A stretch of 64,000 bases of DNA from Mobula hypostoma (Eukaryota), in contig NC_086108.1 in the NCBI RefSeq assembly GCF_963921235.1, positions 70,930,001 through 70,994,000 on the forward strand, read 5' to 3'. Position numbers and translations under genes: made by a program. Positions 28,156 through 42,050 of the stretch are shown in pieces. The notes under the pieces are model-generated. The model saw only the letters and a list, made by a program, of their open reading frames with translations, was not told the DNA's origin and searched no databases. The number at the start of each line of letters is the position of its first letter. Position 1 is the stretch's first letter.

Positions 28156-29619
28156 CTTGCTATCATTTGTAATAGCATTTGTAATATTGTGTTTGTAATA
28201 TCAATTCCTAAGACCAAAAAGCAAAATGCATAGAAGCTACAAATCTGGAATGAAAACTGAAAACGACTGAATTTTTAACTTCTGCATCTCACCCCCACTT
28301 TGACATTTCTGCCTTTGGCCTTCCACATAGTTCCAGTGAAACTGAACATAAGCTCAAGGTATAACATCTCACCTTTCATCTTGGCATATCGTAGCCTTGA
28401 TGAATTCAGCAATTTCAAAGGATCATCCATTCTAATCTGGCAACTCATATTTCTGGTGTTCACCTTCCTCTCTCTTGGGATTTTAGATTTCATTTGTCAT
28501 CTCCTATTTAGATCTGTACCAGACATACTGTTACAGCACTGACTCAACTACTTGTGTCATTTGAACTATCCTGGTCTTCACTCAGTCATTGACCTTCCTA
28601 CTTGTTTGATCACTTCCTTTGCAACTTAGTACTTTTTTCATTCTCAACTTGTCTTCATTTGTTGAAAGATGATGTCACTGCTTTACAATTTGCTTTGCAC
28701 AGTTTGATTTGGTGCTGTACAGTGTATGCAGAGTTTGATCATTCTCTCTGTGGCAATATGGGTTTCCTCCAGGTTCATACAAAAACAATGATGAGTTGGT
28801 TGGTAGGTTACTTAGTTTAAATGAACTCTTGTGCATGCAGGTAGAGGAAAAATCAGGGAAGAACTAATGAACATCCAGGGAAGGATATGTTGTAGAGAAA
28901 TTATTGAGGGAATGGGTTTGATTGGAGTGCTATAGGAACTGACATTGACTTGATGGACGCAATAGCCACCTTCCATATCAAAAGAAAATGTAAAAATGAA
29001 ATTAAATAAGAAAAGTCAAAAACTTGAAATGTCACCCAGTTCTCTCTGCACAGATATCACCTGATCTGTTTTGTATTTCTTGTATTTTCTGCTTTGAAGT
29101 CTGTCATTACAATTATTTGGGAGCTGGTATGTTAATTGGCCTAATTTTCTCCTGCTGAGGGGAGTTGATGGGAAAGTTCAAATAAATAAAATGGGATTAG
29201 TGTGGGATCAATATAAATGGGAACCTCGTGGCTGGTGAGGATTCAATTTGCCAATGGGCCTGTTTTCCAGCAGTCTGACGAGATAACTTTCTGGTTCCAT
29301 TACTTTTCTGTTTTATCTTTAAATTCAGCACACCTAATAATTTCTATATATTAACTTAAAATTTCTATTCATTAATACATTCTATGTAATAATTTCTACT
29401 CAAAATGAAATTCAATAAAATCTGAAATATTGGGGAAAATGTAGGGATCAGGAAAAAGAGGGGAGTGGAATAAACGATTGCTCTAAGCAGATCAATTGAA
29501 ATTTAAACATTTTGTGTTTAACATTACATAATTTTATTATATCTTATAAATATTATTTCATATATGATGTAATATCTGAAAACTGGTGCCACAACAGATT
29601 TGTGTTTTGAATTGATCTG

Positions 29620-30015
29620 CAGACACAAGACTCCTACTGATCCACACCTGGACGTCCCATTTTTGTTTCCCTTTCCGTACCTCCCTCCAGCCTCGGCCTA
29701 TCACTCTCATTGCCCCCCGCCTATCCTGGTTCCACCCATCTTCTTCACCCACTGGACCCCCTTCTTCACCTGTTTCTATCTGCCTGTCTTTGCCTTGAAT
29801 GGTTTTCATTATCACTTGCCTCGCAATCAGGTTACAGCAGCCCTGTATCCCTGTACATCCACCCATTGGCTTGTCTCACCCCTTCCTCTCTTCTCTTTAT
29901 ACCGGCTTCCTTTTCTCTGTGTTCTGATTATTGCTGCAGGGTCTCAGCCTGAAATGTCTTCAATTCCTTTCCCTCCACAGATGTTGTTCCTCCAGCGCTC
30001 TGTTCTTTTGTCTTT
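29620..30015 (+). mobile_element. Old Penelope 3' tail
   Basis: Pyrimidine-rich tail ending in degenerate GGGTCTCAGCCTGAAATG...TTCCTCCAGC. Confidence 0.55.
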
Positions 30016-30166
30016 GAATTGATCTGTTTATTTTTGGATTGTGTATGTAATATCATAATCACTGCAGTCTATGGAGCAAATTTCTATTACATGGCTGCTT
30101 GCTCTACATTTACTTTTTTTTACTATTTTTAATACCTTTATGAATATTATCTGAAATGTGGATTAG

Positions 30167-30454
<288 letters not shown>

Positions 30455-31406
30455 TAGAGTGACAAGAATTCATTAACATAGTTTGTTGCAGTTCTCAATC
30501 TGTAATGTATGATCTCAAAGATCAGCTGCTAACAGCTATTGAAAGATCAATCGTATTTCCAGGGGTAGAATCTGTGGACAAAAGGAGAGCAGTGGCAATG
30601 AGCAAAAAAAAAATTGAGACTCGCAGGCCACGCTGTTGAAGATGTATTTAAACGCCCCATTTATATTACATAAAGACTTAAAGTTAATTTCCAGGGATTA
30701 AAAAAAAATCATGTATAATTTGCACATGATTTTCCGGGTAGGAAGCTGGCACTTAAACTCCCTTAGTTTGTGCATTAACCTAAAGCCATCTCTGTCCTGC
30801 ATAATTCTAAACAAATCAATATGCAGAGCAATAGTATATTTCAAGATGATGCATACTGGGATTGATGGCACGAGTTTGAGCAGAAAGTAATATTTAATAC
30901 CTTTAAGTCATTTAAAGAATTATACTTCTCTTGTAGGAACTTTGGTGGTTTTAGCTGAAAGTGTCAAAGGTTCGAATTGAAAGTCCTACCGGTAAGACAA
31001 GATTGCAATACATGAAATGAATGGTAGAATCAATCTGCAGATGTACGTATGGGAGGCAAATCCTAAAGAATAATAGACAGTCTTCAAAACAAATCATGGA
31101 GCAATTGGAGTACCTTTTTCACAGAGTACAAGAAAATGAATGAGTTGAATTATATAGGCCCCCACAATATAATTGAGGACAATTACTAAATAGGTTATCC
31201 ATGGGGAAGTGAACTGAGGTGGGGAAAATCAGTATTAATTATCTTCACAGTATTGGAATCACTGACTTGCTATCAATAGCAAACAAATATCATTTTCCAT
31301 CCTTCAGCAATAGTATGTTTGAATGCCAAAGTACTGTAGTCCATTATGACGTGGTCTCACCTGTACAAGTACTGTTCTATGCAATTTACAATAATGGTGG
31401 CAATAA

Positions 31407-31682
<276 letters not shown>

Positions 31683-31880
31683 TAACAGGAACAGAAGATG
31701 GGTACTCTCTTCCAGGGTATCTCAAATGGACTTTGATTTAAAATTGGGTTCAGCTTTTGTATTTGCCAATGTAATTCAATGTAACCAATTTGTATTAGAT
31801 GGAAATTCCAATAGAACACTAAAGTAGCACTGTATTAAATTTGCATCTTAACCATATGTTAACACTTGTGCTCTTATTAG

Positions 31881-31965
31881 AGTGTTGTGAAGATGGTGCA
31901 TCCTTGTATTGTGGAACCACTCTTGGACATACTGCGATCCATACATTATGAAGTGCATTATGAAG
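31881..31965 (+). CDS. ARMH1: ARMH1 coding exon 5 (85 nt): SVVKMVHPCIVEPLLDILRSIHYEVHYE
   Basis: cttattag / gtaaaa; phases 0/1; similar to human [22 protein letters not shown]. Confidence 0.88.
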
Positions 31966-31999
31966 GTAAAATACTATTGATCTGAGAAAAGAATCTTTT

Positions 32000-32235
32000 C
32001 CCCACACCACACCTCACCCAATCACCCGCCGCGCGTGCGCACACACACGCACCCCCCACCGCACGCACGCACACCCCGCCACACCTTACCCGCCGTGCGC
32101 GCACACACACACACACACACACATTCTTAAGTAGCTTATTAAGTAGCTTCACGTGTGGCACCTTGTTAAAGGCCTTCTGAAAATCCAAGTACACAATGTC
32201 CACTAATTCTCCTTTGTCTACCCTGCTTACTCCCT
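32000..32235 (-). repeat. (CA)/(CG)-rich microsatellite attached to a CR1 RT fragment
   Basis: CA runs at ~32000-32123; minus-strand VDIVYLDFQKAFNKVPH. Confidence 0.75.
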
Positions 32236-32731
32236 GTCTTACTCTGTGACTACGACTCACTCTGTTTTTGTTCTAGATTGGCACTTGTTGCCTCTTTTGT
32301 CTGAATATCATTTGAACTGCATGACATCGGATGGATGGCAAAAGCAAAACATTTGCCTACAAAATTTTCTATTTCCCCTCTGATTTTTACCATAGTAAAA
32401 TGGAGGGTGGGGGTGGAGGCCCATTATTGTTCGAGCTGTCTTAAGAGTTCAGAATTTTATCCATGTACAATTTAAATTCTATGAAAGAAATAGCTGTGGT
32501 TTGTCAGTGTTAAGGATGTCGTCATTTTTTTGCCATACAATATAAAACCTGGAGCCATTTAATCTTCTAATTTGTAAAGAGATGCATTGTATTATGGCTT
32601 TTTCATGTTTGAGAGGTAATGTTTCCAAAGATGATTGAGAATTCAAGATTAAACACTATATACTCTAATGTCACAAATCAGCAAAACAACAAAAAATATT
32701 TTATTATGCTGTAATAATTTCTGTCCTTTAG

Positions 32732-32851
32732 TAATTGAATTCATCAAGATACTCCTGAATTATAAAGTACGTCCAGCTTTGCTTGAAGGATTAGTTGCAC
32801 GACTAACTCCATCATTGGACAACATAAAGAATCGACCAAAGATTCTTTACG
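32732..32851 (+). CDS. ARMH1: ARMH1 coding exon 6 (120 nt): VIEFIKILLNYKVRPALLEGLVARLTPS...PKILY
   Basis: gtcctttag / gtaagg; phases 1/1; similar to human [25 protein letters not shown]. Confidence 0.9.
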
Positions 32852-33369
32852 GTAAGGACAGAACTTTGAAAAGTCATTGGTCAAAAGTCACAATTTATAT
32901 TCCCTGTTTACGTGACCATGGTGCACTACTTCTCCCTGAAACTTCTCAGTCAGCAATGCTACAGGCTTCAGAACTTGGTGACAGTCGACTACATCACCCT
33001 TGCAACTGCAGATGGGATAGTAGCACGCAGGGAGTGCCTCCGTCAAGACGTCTGCATGTTTCAGCAGTATTCCCTACCCAATTAAATAGTACTCAGGTGA
33101 ATTATATTCCCCTACTCAGTTCCACAAACTCAATGTAAAATCTGGGGTCTACCAATCTTTGTAGCTCATTATTTTTTTCAGCTGAGCCATACAGGCTGTC
33201 ACGTGCTGATGGCTGGCAGCAGAGAACTGGTGCCAGCTCTAATGAGTACCTCATAAATTTCATTTACTGCAAGTTATATATTAAGAACATTTTAAATATC
33301 AATATATATGTGATATTATTATTAAATAACTGCATCCAAACTTTCCTAACAGTTTTGTTTTACATTTAG

Positions 33370-33442
33370 ATGAACCCGCATCAAACCTTGTAGAATCCTC
33401 ACCATTATACGTACAACAAGCTGCAGCAGCAAAAGTTATAGG
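33370..33442 (+). CDS. ARMH1: ARMH1 coding exon 7 (73 nt): DEPASNLVESSPLYVQQAAAAKVIG
   Basis: catttag / gtaagt; phases 1/2; QQAAAAK motif shared with human. Confidence 0.9.
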
Positions 33443-33727
33443 GTAAGTCAGGTGGCAACTTATTTTGTTTAATGTCAAAATCCAGAAGTGGATCTTGGTA
33501 GTTCTAATAATTAGATCTTCAGAAGGCCTTTGACAAGGTGCCACACATGAGGCTGCTTGGCAAGATAAGAGCCCATGGTATCACAGGAAAGATGATAGTA
33601 TCATGGATGGAAATTTGACTGACTGGAAGGAGGCAAAGAGTGGGAATGAAGGGGGAAGGGGGCGTTTCTGGTTGGATGCTGTTCTTCAGGGTTCTGTGTT
33701 GGGACTGATTCTACTTTCACTGGTGAT

Positions 33728-35170
33728 TTGGTAATTAACTGCACTTAATAGGGATCTTCCCTTCGAGCACACAGTGGATCCTTGTGCAGTTTGTTAATCA
33801 GGACCCACTTGCCTGAAATCAGATATGTCCTCCTGTTTGATCACTCCAAGCAGCAGAAACCTGTGAGAAGCAGACTGTTCGGATTGGGTTAATTTCACAC
33901 AATAGTTAACTGAACTGTCTGCTATAATATGTATGTCAGCCTCTCTGAGACAAAGCTGTGACCTAGGACGCCCCTGATCACCTCAAATAGATTTAGTTTA
34001 GTTTTTTAGTTACTATTTCTCGTAACATTTCAGTATCCTTGACACTTTAGTAAAGAAATGTATTCCACTTGTAAGTGTAAAAATGTACTAGGTGGGACAA
34101 GATCACTTAGTTGTTGTAGCTTTTCCGCTGCTGCAAGATTCATTTTCTGGCATCGTCATGCATCTTTCAAGCGTTTGTCAAGCTTGTGCCCTGAATTTTG
34201 GATTCCACCATCATTGTGCGAATCTGTTGATCACCTTTAGCACTCCAGTGTGTCTTTGGGAATGTATTAGCTGTGCCATTGGATCTTGTAGTTCGATTGT
34301 GATACAGAGATCAACTTCGTTTCCAGTTGTCAGGTTCACTGGTATTTCTACTTCTTCTACTCTTGGCTGTGCTGCCCTTTTTCAATTTCATCTACAGCTG
34401 CATCCGTGCATTGTCGTCATTTTGGAGTGGCTTTTACATTCTACTACCGCAACTTCTAATGGCAGGTTTATGATATTCTAAATTCTTGGACTAGTTGGCC
34501 ATTCTTGATTGGGTTTCCTGCAGCTGTAAGAAATCCTCTATGTCCCCATAAGTTTCTAAAATGATGAACAACTCCAGAAGCATATTGAAAATCAGTGTAG
34601 ATATTAGCTTATCTTCCTTCTGCCAATTTACGGGCTTCAATTAAAGCTATTATTTCTGCCTGTTGTTTAGAGGTATCAGGAGCCATGCTTCCTGCAGCCA
34701 GCAGTTCAGTTCCAGAGATCACCACCCAGCCAACCATTTGAATTCGTCTCTCAGTCACTGAGGAGGCTTCAGTGCACAGACCTCCAGCAGATTACTAACC
34801 AACAGGATGCTGTCAGTCACCATGTTCTTGAGTTGAGACTGCCATAGGGTGTTTCTCGTTGACAAACAGGGTAAATGGTTTATTTGTGGCAGGAATTCTT
34901 AATGCAGGTGCAGTACACAATGTTACCTTTAAAGTTTGAATGCTTTTGGTTGTTCTTCATTAAGAGTTGCAGAGTCACCTGAGCATTTCCTGTCTTTCAG
35001 CACAGTGTAGAATGGTTGAGCAATAGTTGATAAGTCTGTCACTAAGCTGTCAATACATCGATTAACAATGGTTTCATCTTCAGTCCTGCATGTCTTCCAA
35101 GTCCCAAAACTTTGCAATCACGCTCACCAGCTATGCCTCTTGTTGGATTCTGATGCTTTTTTGATCCAAG
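33728..35170 (-). mobile_element. Endogenous retrovirus (class I, gamma/epsilon-like) pol remnant: RT connection, RNase H, integrase
   Basis: Minus-strand hand translation: LCTAPALRIPATNKPFTLFVNEK; QQAEIIALIEARKLAEGR*ANIYTDFQYASGVVHHFRNLWGHRGFLTAAGNPIKN; IHSQRHTG..WWNP..C; FLHLQVEYISLLKCQGY; GKWVLINKLHKDPLCARREDPY*VQLIT. Confidence 0.8.
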
Positions 35171-35274
35171 GTTCTTTCAGAAGTCAGGAAAGAGACACAA
35201 AACTTGTTACATCACTATTGTACTAAGTGTTAATAGAACAAAGGAAACAGAAGCAGAAGGTTTTAAGACAAAAA

Positions 35275-35640
35275 CGATTCAAAGGTTCATTTTATTGTCA
35301 AAGTATGCATGTAGAATAAAACTCTGATATTTTTCTACTCCCGATAGCCATTAAATACGGAGACACCGTGGGTGTGGATGAAAGCAAAGACATCAACTAC
35401 CCCAATGGCACAAAAAAGAAAAGAAACAAAACTCACAGAACCCAAAATCCCTTCTCCCCCGCAGCAAAAGAACAGCCCCTGCCCCCCTCAGTCACAGAAA
35501 AGAACAGTGACAGTGGTACCAAACCCCCCCCCCACCCCCACACACACAAGAATTAACAGATCACCCACCTGCCAATCATCCACAAGAAAGAAAACACCGA
35601 AAACTGAAGGAAACCAATAATCATATAAATGTCAGAATAT
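35275..35640 (-). mobile_element. 3' part of the same non-autonomous family as 11812-12474
   Basis: Shared GTTCATTT(T)ATT..CAAAGTAT..ACTCTGA..TAGCCA..CCC(C)AAATCCC pattern. Confidence 0.5.
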
Positions 35641-36069
35641 GGGAAATGGCTTTTTGTCTGCATATGAAAAAAGCAGCCACACAAACTCAGAACAAAAAAC
35701 TGAAATAAGAAATTGGCACAACTTTGTGAGCCATTTTATACCCATAGATAAGGAAAATTTCCATTCAAATTTATAAATAAAAGTTAGCCAATTAGAAAGT
35801 CATTATTCAAATAATGCAGTGGAAATAAACTTGCAGAGCTTTCCAGAATTGTACTTTGTACAGCCACTAGAGGCATATTAAATGGTTATATGCATACAAG
35901 AGGTACTTAAAGTACAAGCAGATAATTAAATGTTAAACTGCAAAGAAAATGACAATTAAACAGTCTAATCAAAGAATTAAACAGTTGGTTCCAACAGCAG
36001 CTTATACAAATAGTTCACAGTGATAGCTAATAGCACAGTGTATACTTGAATTAATTTGTGGCAGGAAGC

Positions 36070-36940
36070 TGTTACGTACCCCGTAACTGGGTTGCCAAAC
36101 CAGCAGAAATGGATCACTCAGTTGGAGTCTGGATTACCAGAACTAAGAAAGTTTTATTAAAGAAACAAGCAACACAGTAATCAAAAGGATAATAAATGCA
36201 ACAGTTCAGCAATGATAAACACACATGTGCACAGAATTAAGATAACAGCATCAATCAAGCTCTATCGTTGTCTAGGGGTAAATGACCAAATTTCAAAGTG
36301 ACACAAAAGTTCAGTCCAATTTAGTTCAGTTCGCAGTAATCGTTGCCATGGTGATGGACAACGTGGGGAGAGAGAGAGAGAGAGAACGGGAACGACTGAT
36401 CATTCAGACACGGCTTCCACTCACAGACCGGCGATGATTGCTCACAAGCAGCTTTCGGGCAGGTCCTTGGTGATGTCACCTGAGGTCACCGACTGTGACC
36501 CCCTCCTCCAGATGCGGTCGATCCTCTGCAGTGAACCCGGCACCCAAGCGAGGGTGGACACACACCGGGTTCCCGCTGATCGTACCTTTCCACCCTGTGC
36601 GTTTAAGGTCCGGTACTTCCCACCGACTCGTGAGAGGCGCACCGCTTCCAGGGTCTCGTTACCTCGGGTGTCGTGTGTGTGTCCTGCCTTAGCGAACCTG
36701 TCCCTTTTTATCCCCCTGCTGGGGTATCGCCTGTCCATCACTTCAAACAGTTCAGGGTTCAAAGGGGGGGAGCCGCTCCAGACAGCTCTCTCTCTCCCGT
36801 CCCTTCATTACACATCTCCAGATGCTGTTTCATTGTGTTCCTTATCTCTCTCTTGAAGACAGGTGGCAGACCAACTGCTGATGCCACTGATGCTAACCCA
36901 GGCCAGCAAACATGTTAATTTTATGTGTATTCTCGTCACA
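36070..36940 (-). mobile_element. Solo LTR, 871 bp (Gypsy-type probable)
   Basis: TGTTACG...CGTCACA termini; 4-bp TSD AAGC at 36066-36069 and 36941-36944; AATAAA on the minus strand near 36155; CpG-rich. Confidence 0.88.
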
Positions 36941-37269
36941 AAGCACAGTGGTAAATGGTCACATTACGTATTGGAGAAGTGAGGGGAGGTTAGTTTTACA
37001 TTCAGTCTAGTTAACAAAGAAGTCATTTCCCCAAGCAAGCTAAAATAGATGAGCTGTTTTGTTCAGATTCTTAAGCATGCCTTCTCTTTGCGTCTTTTCA
37101 CATCTCACAGAAGCAGTTCCTTCTTATCAAACATGGCTATATTTATTAATCTGAACAAGCTGTAGAAAAAGGGATATGGTTAAATTTCCTGGTACCAAGA
37201 TTATTGGCAGGAAACTTATGGGAAATGTCAACACATGTGGTAGGAATCAGAACCAGGTTTGATATCACC

Positions 37270-37925
37270 AGACACGAGGAAATCTGCAGATGATGAAAAT
37301 TCAAGCAACACACACAAAAAATGCTGGTGGAACGCAGCAGGCCAGGCAGCATCTATAGGAAGAGGTACAGTTGACGTTTTGGGCTGGGACCCCTCATCAG
37401 GACTAACTGAAAGAAGAAGTAGTAAGAGATTTGAAAATAGGAGGGGGAGGCTCCTGGGTGGTGGGAGTCCTTAATGATGGACGCTGCCTTCTTGAGGAAC
37501 CGTTCCTTGAAGATGTCTTGGTTCCCATGATGGAGCTGACTAATTTTGCAACTTACTTCGATCCTGTGCAATAGCACCCCCCCTCCCCCCACCCCATAGC
37601 AGACAGTGATGCAACCAGTCAGAATACTCTCCACAGTACATTTGTAGAAGTTTTTGAGTGTATTTGTTGACAAACCAAATCTCAAATTCATAATGAAATA
37701 TAGCCACTGTCTTGCCTTCTTTATAGCTGCACCAATATAGGTCTAGGTTAGGTCCTCAGAGATCTTGACACCTAGGAACTTGAAACTGCTCACTCTTTCC
37801 ACTTCTGATCCTTCTGTGAGGATTGGTTTGTGTTCCCTCGTTCCACCTTTTCTGAAGTGGGCTTACTGATGTTGATTGCAAGGTTGTTGCTATGGCGCTA
37901 CTCAACTAACTGGTATATCTCGCCC
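37270..37925 (-). mobile_element. Penelope 3' end (37270-37450) abutting a Rex1-like fragment (37450-37925)
   Basis: Penelope family motif with a mutated hammerhead (GAAA->AAAA); NFYKCTVESILTGCITV motif. Confidence 0.75.
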
Positions 37926-38175
37926 AAAACCAAGCTAGCAATAATTTGATAATAATCGATACAACTGTTAGATTGAATGGAATGGATTGGAAAAATAATA
38001 CCACTGCAGCAGGAAATGTTCTTTTAATGCTTTTGCTGTGTAGCTTTGTCTGTGATTTAGAATGCATGATCATGGTCACTAGAGTATACTATTTCTCAGC
38101 TTTGACATCTGGATAAAAACCTTTTCAATTGGTTATAGTGCCAGAGTTTCTGTCATTTTCCTTTGCCTTTCACAG

Positions 38176-38305
38176 CATAATAATGAAAGAATCTACTGAG
38201 GTGGCTGAGGAATTGCTGCATCTCCGAGTGGTACATCACCTCATGATTGCCATGGGGAACCTGGAATATGCAGACAGCCAGATACAAGCTTGCATGGCAT
38301 TGGAA
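38176..38305 (+). CDS. ARMH1: ARMH1 coding exon 8 (130 nt): IIMKESTEVAEELLHLRVVHHLMIAMGNLEYADSQIQACMALE
   Basis: tttcacag / gtaagt; phases 2/0; matches human AEELLYLRVVRGLMAAMGN. Confidence 0.92.
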
Positions 38306-38789
38306 GTAAGTATTTATGGGAACATATTTTCAAGTCTGTGCTGTACGCAGAACGACTTATCAGTTTGGATAATCCTGAGAAGCAAGCCTAATGCTGGCAA
38401 AGGTCATTGCTACCATAGTGAGATCAGTGGTGGTTTAGTGTTGAAGTGATGCTGTGTTCAGTAATTGTACGTAATTATCTTCATTCATGGTAAAATGTTT
38501 TATTGGCTACATAATACTGTTTGAAAAATTATGGAATCCAAAGACTGCCAGTATCCATGCAGCAGGAGGAATTGACAGCAAAGGCAAAAACAACACCTAG
38601 ATTTAAGGAAACCTGTTTATAAAAGCATTATCCCAGCTTCATTGGGTCACAAATTCAGATTCAGAATGGTCATCTTTGAAATGCAACATTCAAAGAATGG
38701 AAGCCATTATAGTTGGTAAGTACATTTCAATTGCACAGTTGTACAAGTGTGCAGCACCTATAATCTTAACAATTTGATCCACCATTTCC

Positions 38790-39825
38790 TCCATTTCCTG
38801 GGCATCCACCCTCGCCCCATCTTCCCTCCACCGTAACAGTGATAGAGTTCCTCCTGTCCTCACCTACCACCCCATGAGCTTCCGCATCCAACACATCAAT
38901 CTCCACAACTTCCACCATCTTTGGCGGTGTATTACCACTAAACACATCTTTAGCACACTACCACCTCCCCCCACTCTCCACTTTCCACAAGGATCACTCC
39001 CTCCATGTCTCCCTTGTCCTTTCATCCCTCCCCACTAATCTCCCTCCTGGCATTTATTCCTGCAAGCAGAGGAAGTGCTACACCTGCCCACTCACCTCCT
39101 CTCTCACCTCCATTCAGACCCTTCCAGCTGAAGCTACACTTCCCGATGTGGCCTCCTCTACATCGGTGAGACCTGACGTACAATGGGAAACTGCTTTGTC
39201 ATGCGCCTTTGCTCCATCCACAAAAAACAGGATTTCCCTGTGGTTAACTATTTTAATTCCAATCCCCATTTCTGTTCTGAAATATCAGTCAATATCCTCT
39301 TCTGCCACCACGTATCCACTGTCAGATAGGAGGAGCTCCACCTCATATTCCGTATGGATAGTCTCTAACCTGATGGCATGAACATCTCCAACTTCCAGTA
39401 ATTCTTTCCTCTTCCCCCTTCCCTCTTCTTCAATTCCCTGCTCTGATCTCCTACCTCTTCTCCTCACCTGCCTATCACTACCCACTGGTGCCCCTCCCAT
39501 GGTCCACTCTCCTCTCCTATCAGATTCCTTCTTCTCCAGCCCTTTACCTTTTCCACCTCTCACCTTCCAGCTTCTAACTTCACTTCCCCTCCCCCCCTCC
39601 ACCCACCTGGGTTCACCTATCTCCTTCTAGCTTGTACTACTTCCCTTACCATCATCTTCTTCCTCATGCTTCTTCCCCCTTCCTGTCCAGTCCTGATGAA
39701 GGGTCTCAGCCTGAAACATCAACTGTTTATCTATTTCCATAGATGTTGCCTGACCTGCTGAGTTCCTCTAGCACTTTGTATGTGTTACCATGGACTTCCA
39801 GCATCTGCAGAATACCTTGTGTTTA
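38790..39825 (+). mobile_element. Penelope-like element 3' part with GIY-YIG remnant and a hammerhead motif at 39688-39725
   Basis: CGLLYIGET remnant (TGTGGCCTCCTCTACATCGGTGAGACC); CAGTC-CTGATGA-AGGGTCTCAGCCT-GAAA-CATC-AACTG. Confidence 0.85.
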
Positions 39826-40287
39826 TAACCTTAACAATCCTGGGATAGGTAGCAAAAATAGGTACTCAATCTTTTTTTCCCATTGTAGGGTTATCAAAAA
39901 CAAAGCATATAGGTTTAAGGTGAGAGGAAGGAGTCTTGGGGATCTGAGGCGTAGTTTTTTTATACAGAGAGTGATTGATATGAAAGAATAGATGTATTTT
40001 AGATTTTAGGATGGAGACAACACACCGCCCTCCATACCATCCTGTCCATTTCAAAAAGCAGTCAGCATAATCATAGCAGCATATATATACTCAGAACAAA
40101 AATACTTGCATAAATACAGCTATCACCTGAAAATATCATACAGTATCTTATTTACATAATGCTCCCCCAAAATGAAATTAACCTACAATTTACTTCAGGA
40201 ATTATTTAGATACTACAATATGTAAACAGTCCAATGTCTCCTTGCTATAATTTATTCTCATATGCACAAATTAGGTTGATGCCATTG

Positions 40288-41120
40288 AACACAGAACATA
40301 GAACAGTACACCACTGTACAGGCCCTTTGGCCCATGATGTGCCAAACTTTTAACCTTTTTCAAGATCAGTCTAGCTCTTCACTCCCTCTTAGCCCTTCAT
40401 TTTCCTTTCATCAATCTGCCTACCTTAGAGCCTCTTAAATATCCTAATATATCTTCCTTTATCGGTGTGTGCCATACACTTGTAACTTTCTGTGTTTAAA
40501 AAAGACTAGCACTGACATCCCCCTATACTTTCCTCCAATCAGCTGAAAAGTGTGCCCTCTCATGTTACCCATTACTGCCCTAGGAAAATGGTGCTGACTG
40601 TCCACTTTATCTACGCCTCTTAGCATCTTACACACCTCTACTTCTCATCCTCCTTCACTCCAAAGAGAAAAGCCCTAGCTTGCTCAACATTTCCTCATAA
40701 GGTATCCTCTCTTATCCAGGCAGCATCCTGGTGAATCTCCTCTGTACCTTCTCTAAAGCTTCCACATTCTTCCTATAATGAGGCGAACAGAACTGAACGG
40801 CATTCTCTGAGCGGTCTAACCAGAGTTCTGTAGGGCTGCAACGTTACCTTAATGACTTCCTCAATTAATATAGTCCAACACACATGTCTACTTATGCACC
40901 CCATCAATTTGGACGGCAAATTTGAGGAATCTGTAGTCATGGACCCCAAGATCCCTCTGTTTTCCACACTGCTAGGAATCCTGCCATTATCCTTGTACTC
41001 AGCTTTCAAGTCTGACCTTCCTCTCTGGATTGAACTCCATCTGCTACTTCTTAGCCCAGCTCTGCATCCTGTCAATGTTCTGTTATGACAACCTTCTACA
41101 CTATCTTCAGCATCACCAAC
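40288..41120 (-). mobile_element. CR1 LINE 3' fragment
   Basis: LQPYRTLVRP motif; CATAGAA-type tail on the plus strand at ~40290. Confidence 0.75.
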
Positions 41121-41694
41121 CTTTAACTATGATTATTTCTGTATCCCTTCTAACCAATCTAATCTTGAATGCTAACTCTGTGTGCCTTAGTCATTAACTA
41201 TCAAAGTGAATCTTGAAGGTTTACAATAGAAGATTAATTCTTGGTTTCTGTTATAAACTGTTTAGTCACAAAATTTTATTTCTCAATTAGAATCAATCTG
41301 CTTACATTTACTCTGCAACATCCCTGGCCAATTTTAAATGTCATCATATTGTTCCTGAATCTGTCTTGTTCCAACAAAGACACTCAACTTCACAAAGTCT
41401 TCCTATTTACGCTCTCAGTATTCACACTTTCTTTCCTCCTGTACCTAATAATGTGGCCACTCAGGGCATGTTTGTGGTCTTCGCTGCTAACATTTCAAGG
41501 TTTGACTTATGCGATCACTTATGGTGGAGGCGGATACGATGGGGTCTTTTAAGAGACTCCTGGATAGGTACATGGAGCTTAGAAAAATAGAGGGCTATGG
41601 CCAACCCTAAGTAATTTCTAAGGTAAGGACATGTTCGGCACAGCTTTGTGGGCTGAAGGGCCTGTATTATGTTGTAGGTTTTCCATGTTTCTAA

Positions 41695-42050
41695 ATGCTC
41701 TTCTGCACACCTCTGTTGTAAAGCCTGGCTATTTGAGTTAATGTCGCCTTCCTGGCTATTCTCCTCTGACCGCTCTCATTAACAAGGTGTCTTTGCCCAC
41801 AGAACTGCCACTCCCCAGATTTTTTTTTTTACTTTTTGCACCATTCTCTGTAAAACTCTAGAGACTGTTGTGCATGAAAATCCTAGGAGATTAGCAGTTT
41901 CAGAGATGCTCAAACCACCCTGCCTGGCACCAACACTCATAGATTCCATGGATAAAGTCACATGGATCATATTTCTTGCCCACTCTGATGTTTGGTCTGA
42001 ACAACAATAACCTCTTGACCATGTCTACATGCTTTTATGCATTGGGTTGT
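41695..42050 (-). mobile_element. Tc1-like transposon fragment
   Basis: VGARQGGLSISETANLLGFSCTTVSRV helix-turn-helix; related piece at ~53295-53475 (+). Confidence 0.7.

Noticed and set aside
36434..36918. ORFs inside the LTR
   Set aside because: GC-rich LTR sequence open in several frames on both strands, with no protein motifs.
36070..36940. Solo LTR as the 5' LTR of the neighbouring ERV pol remnant
   Set aside because: It has its own TSD on both sides and looks much younger (CpG-rich); an independent insertion.
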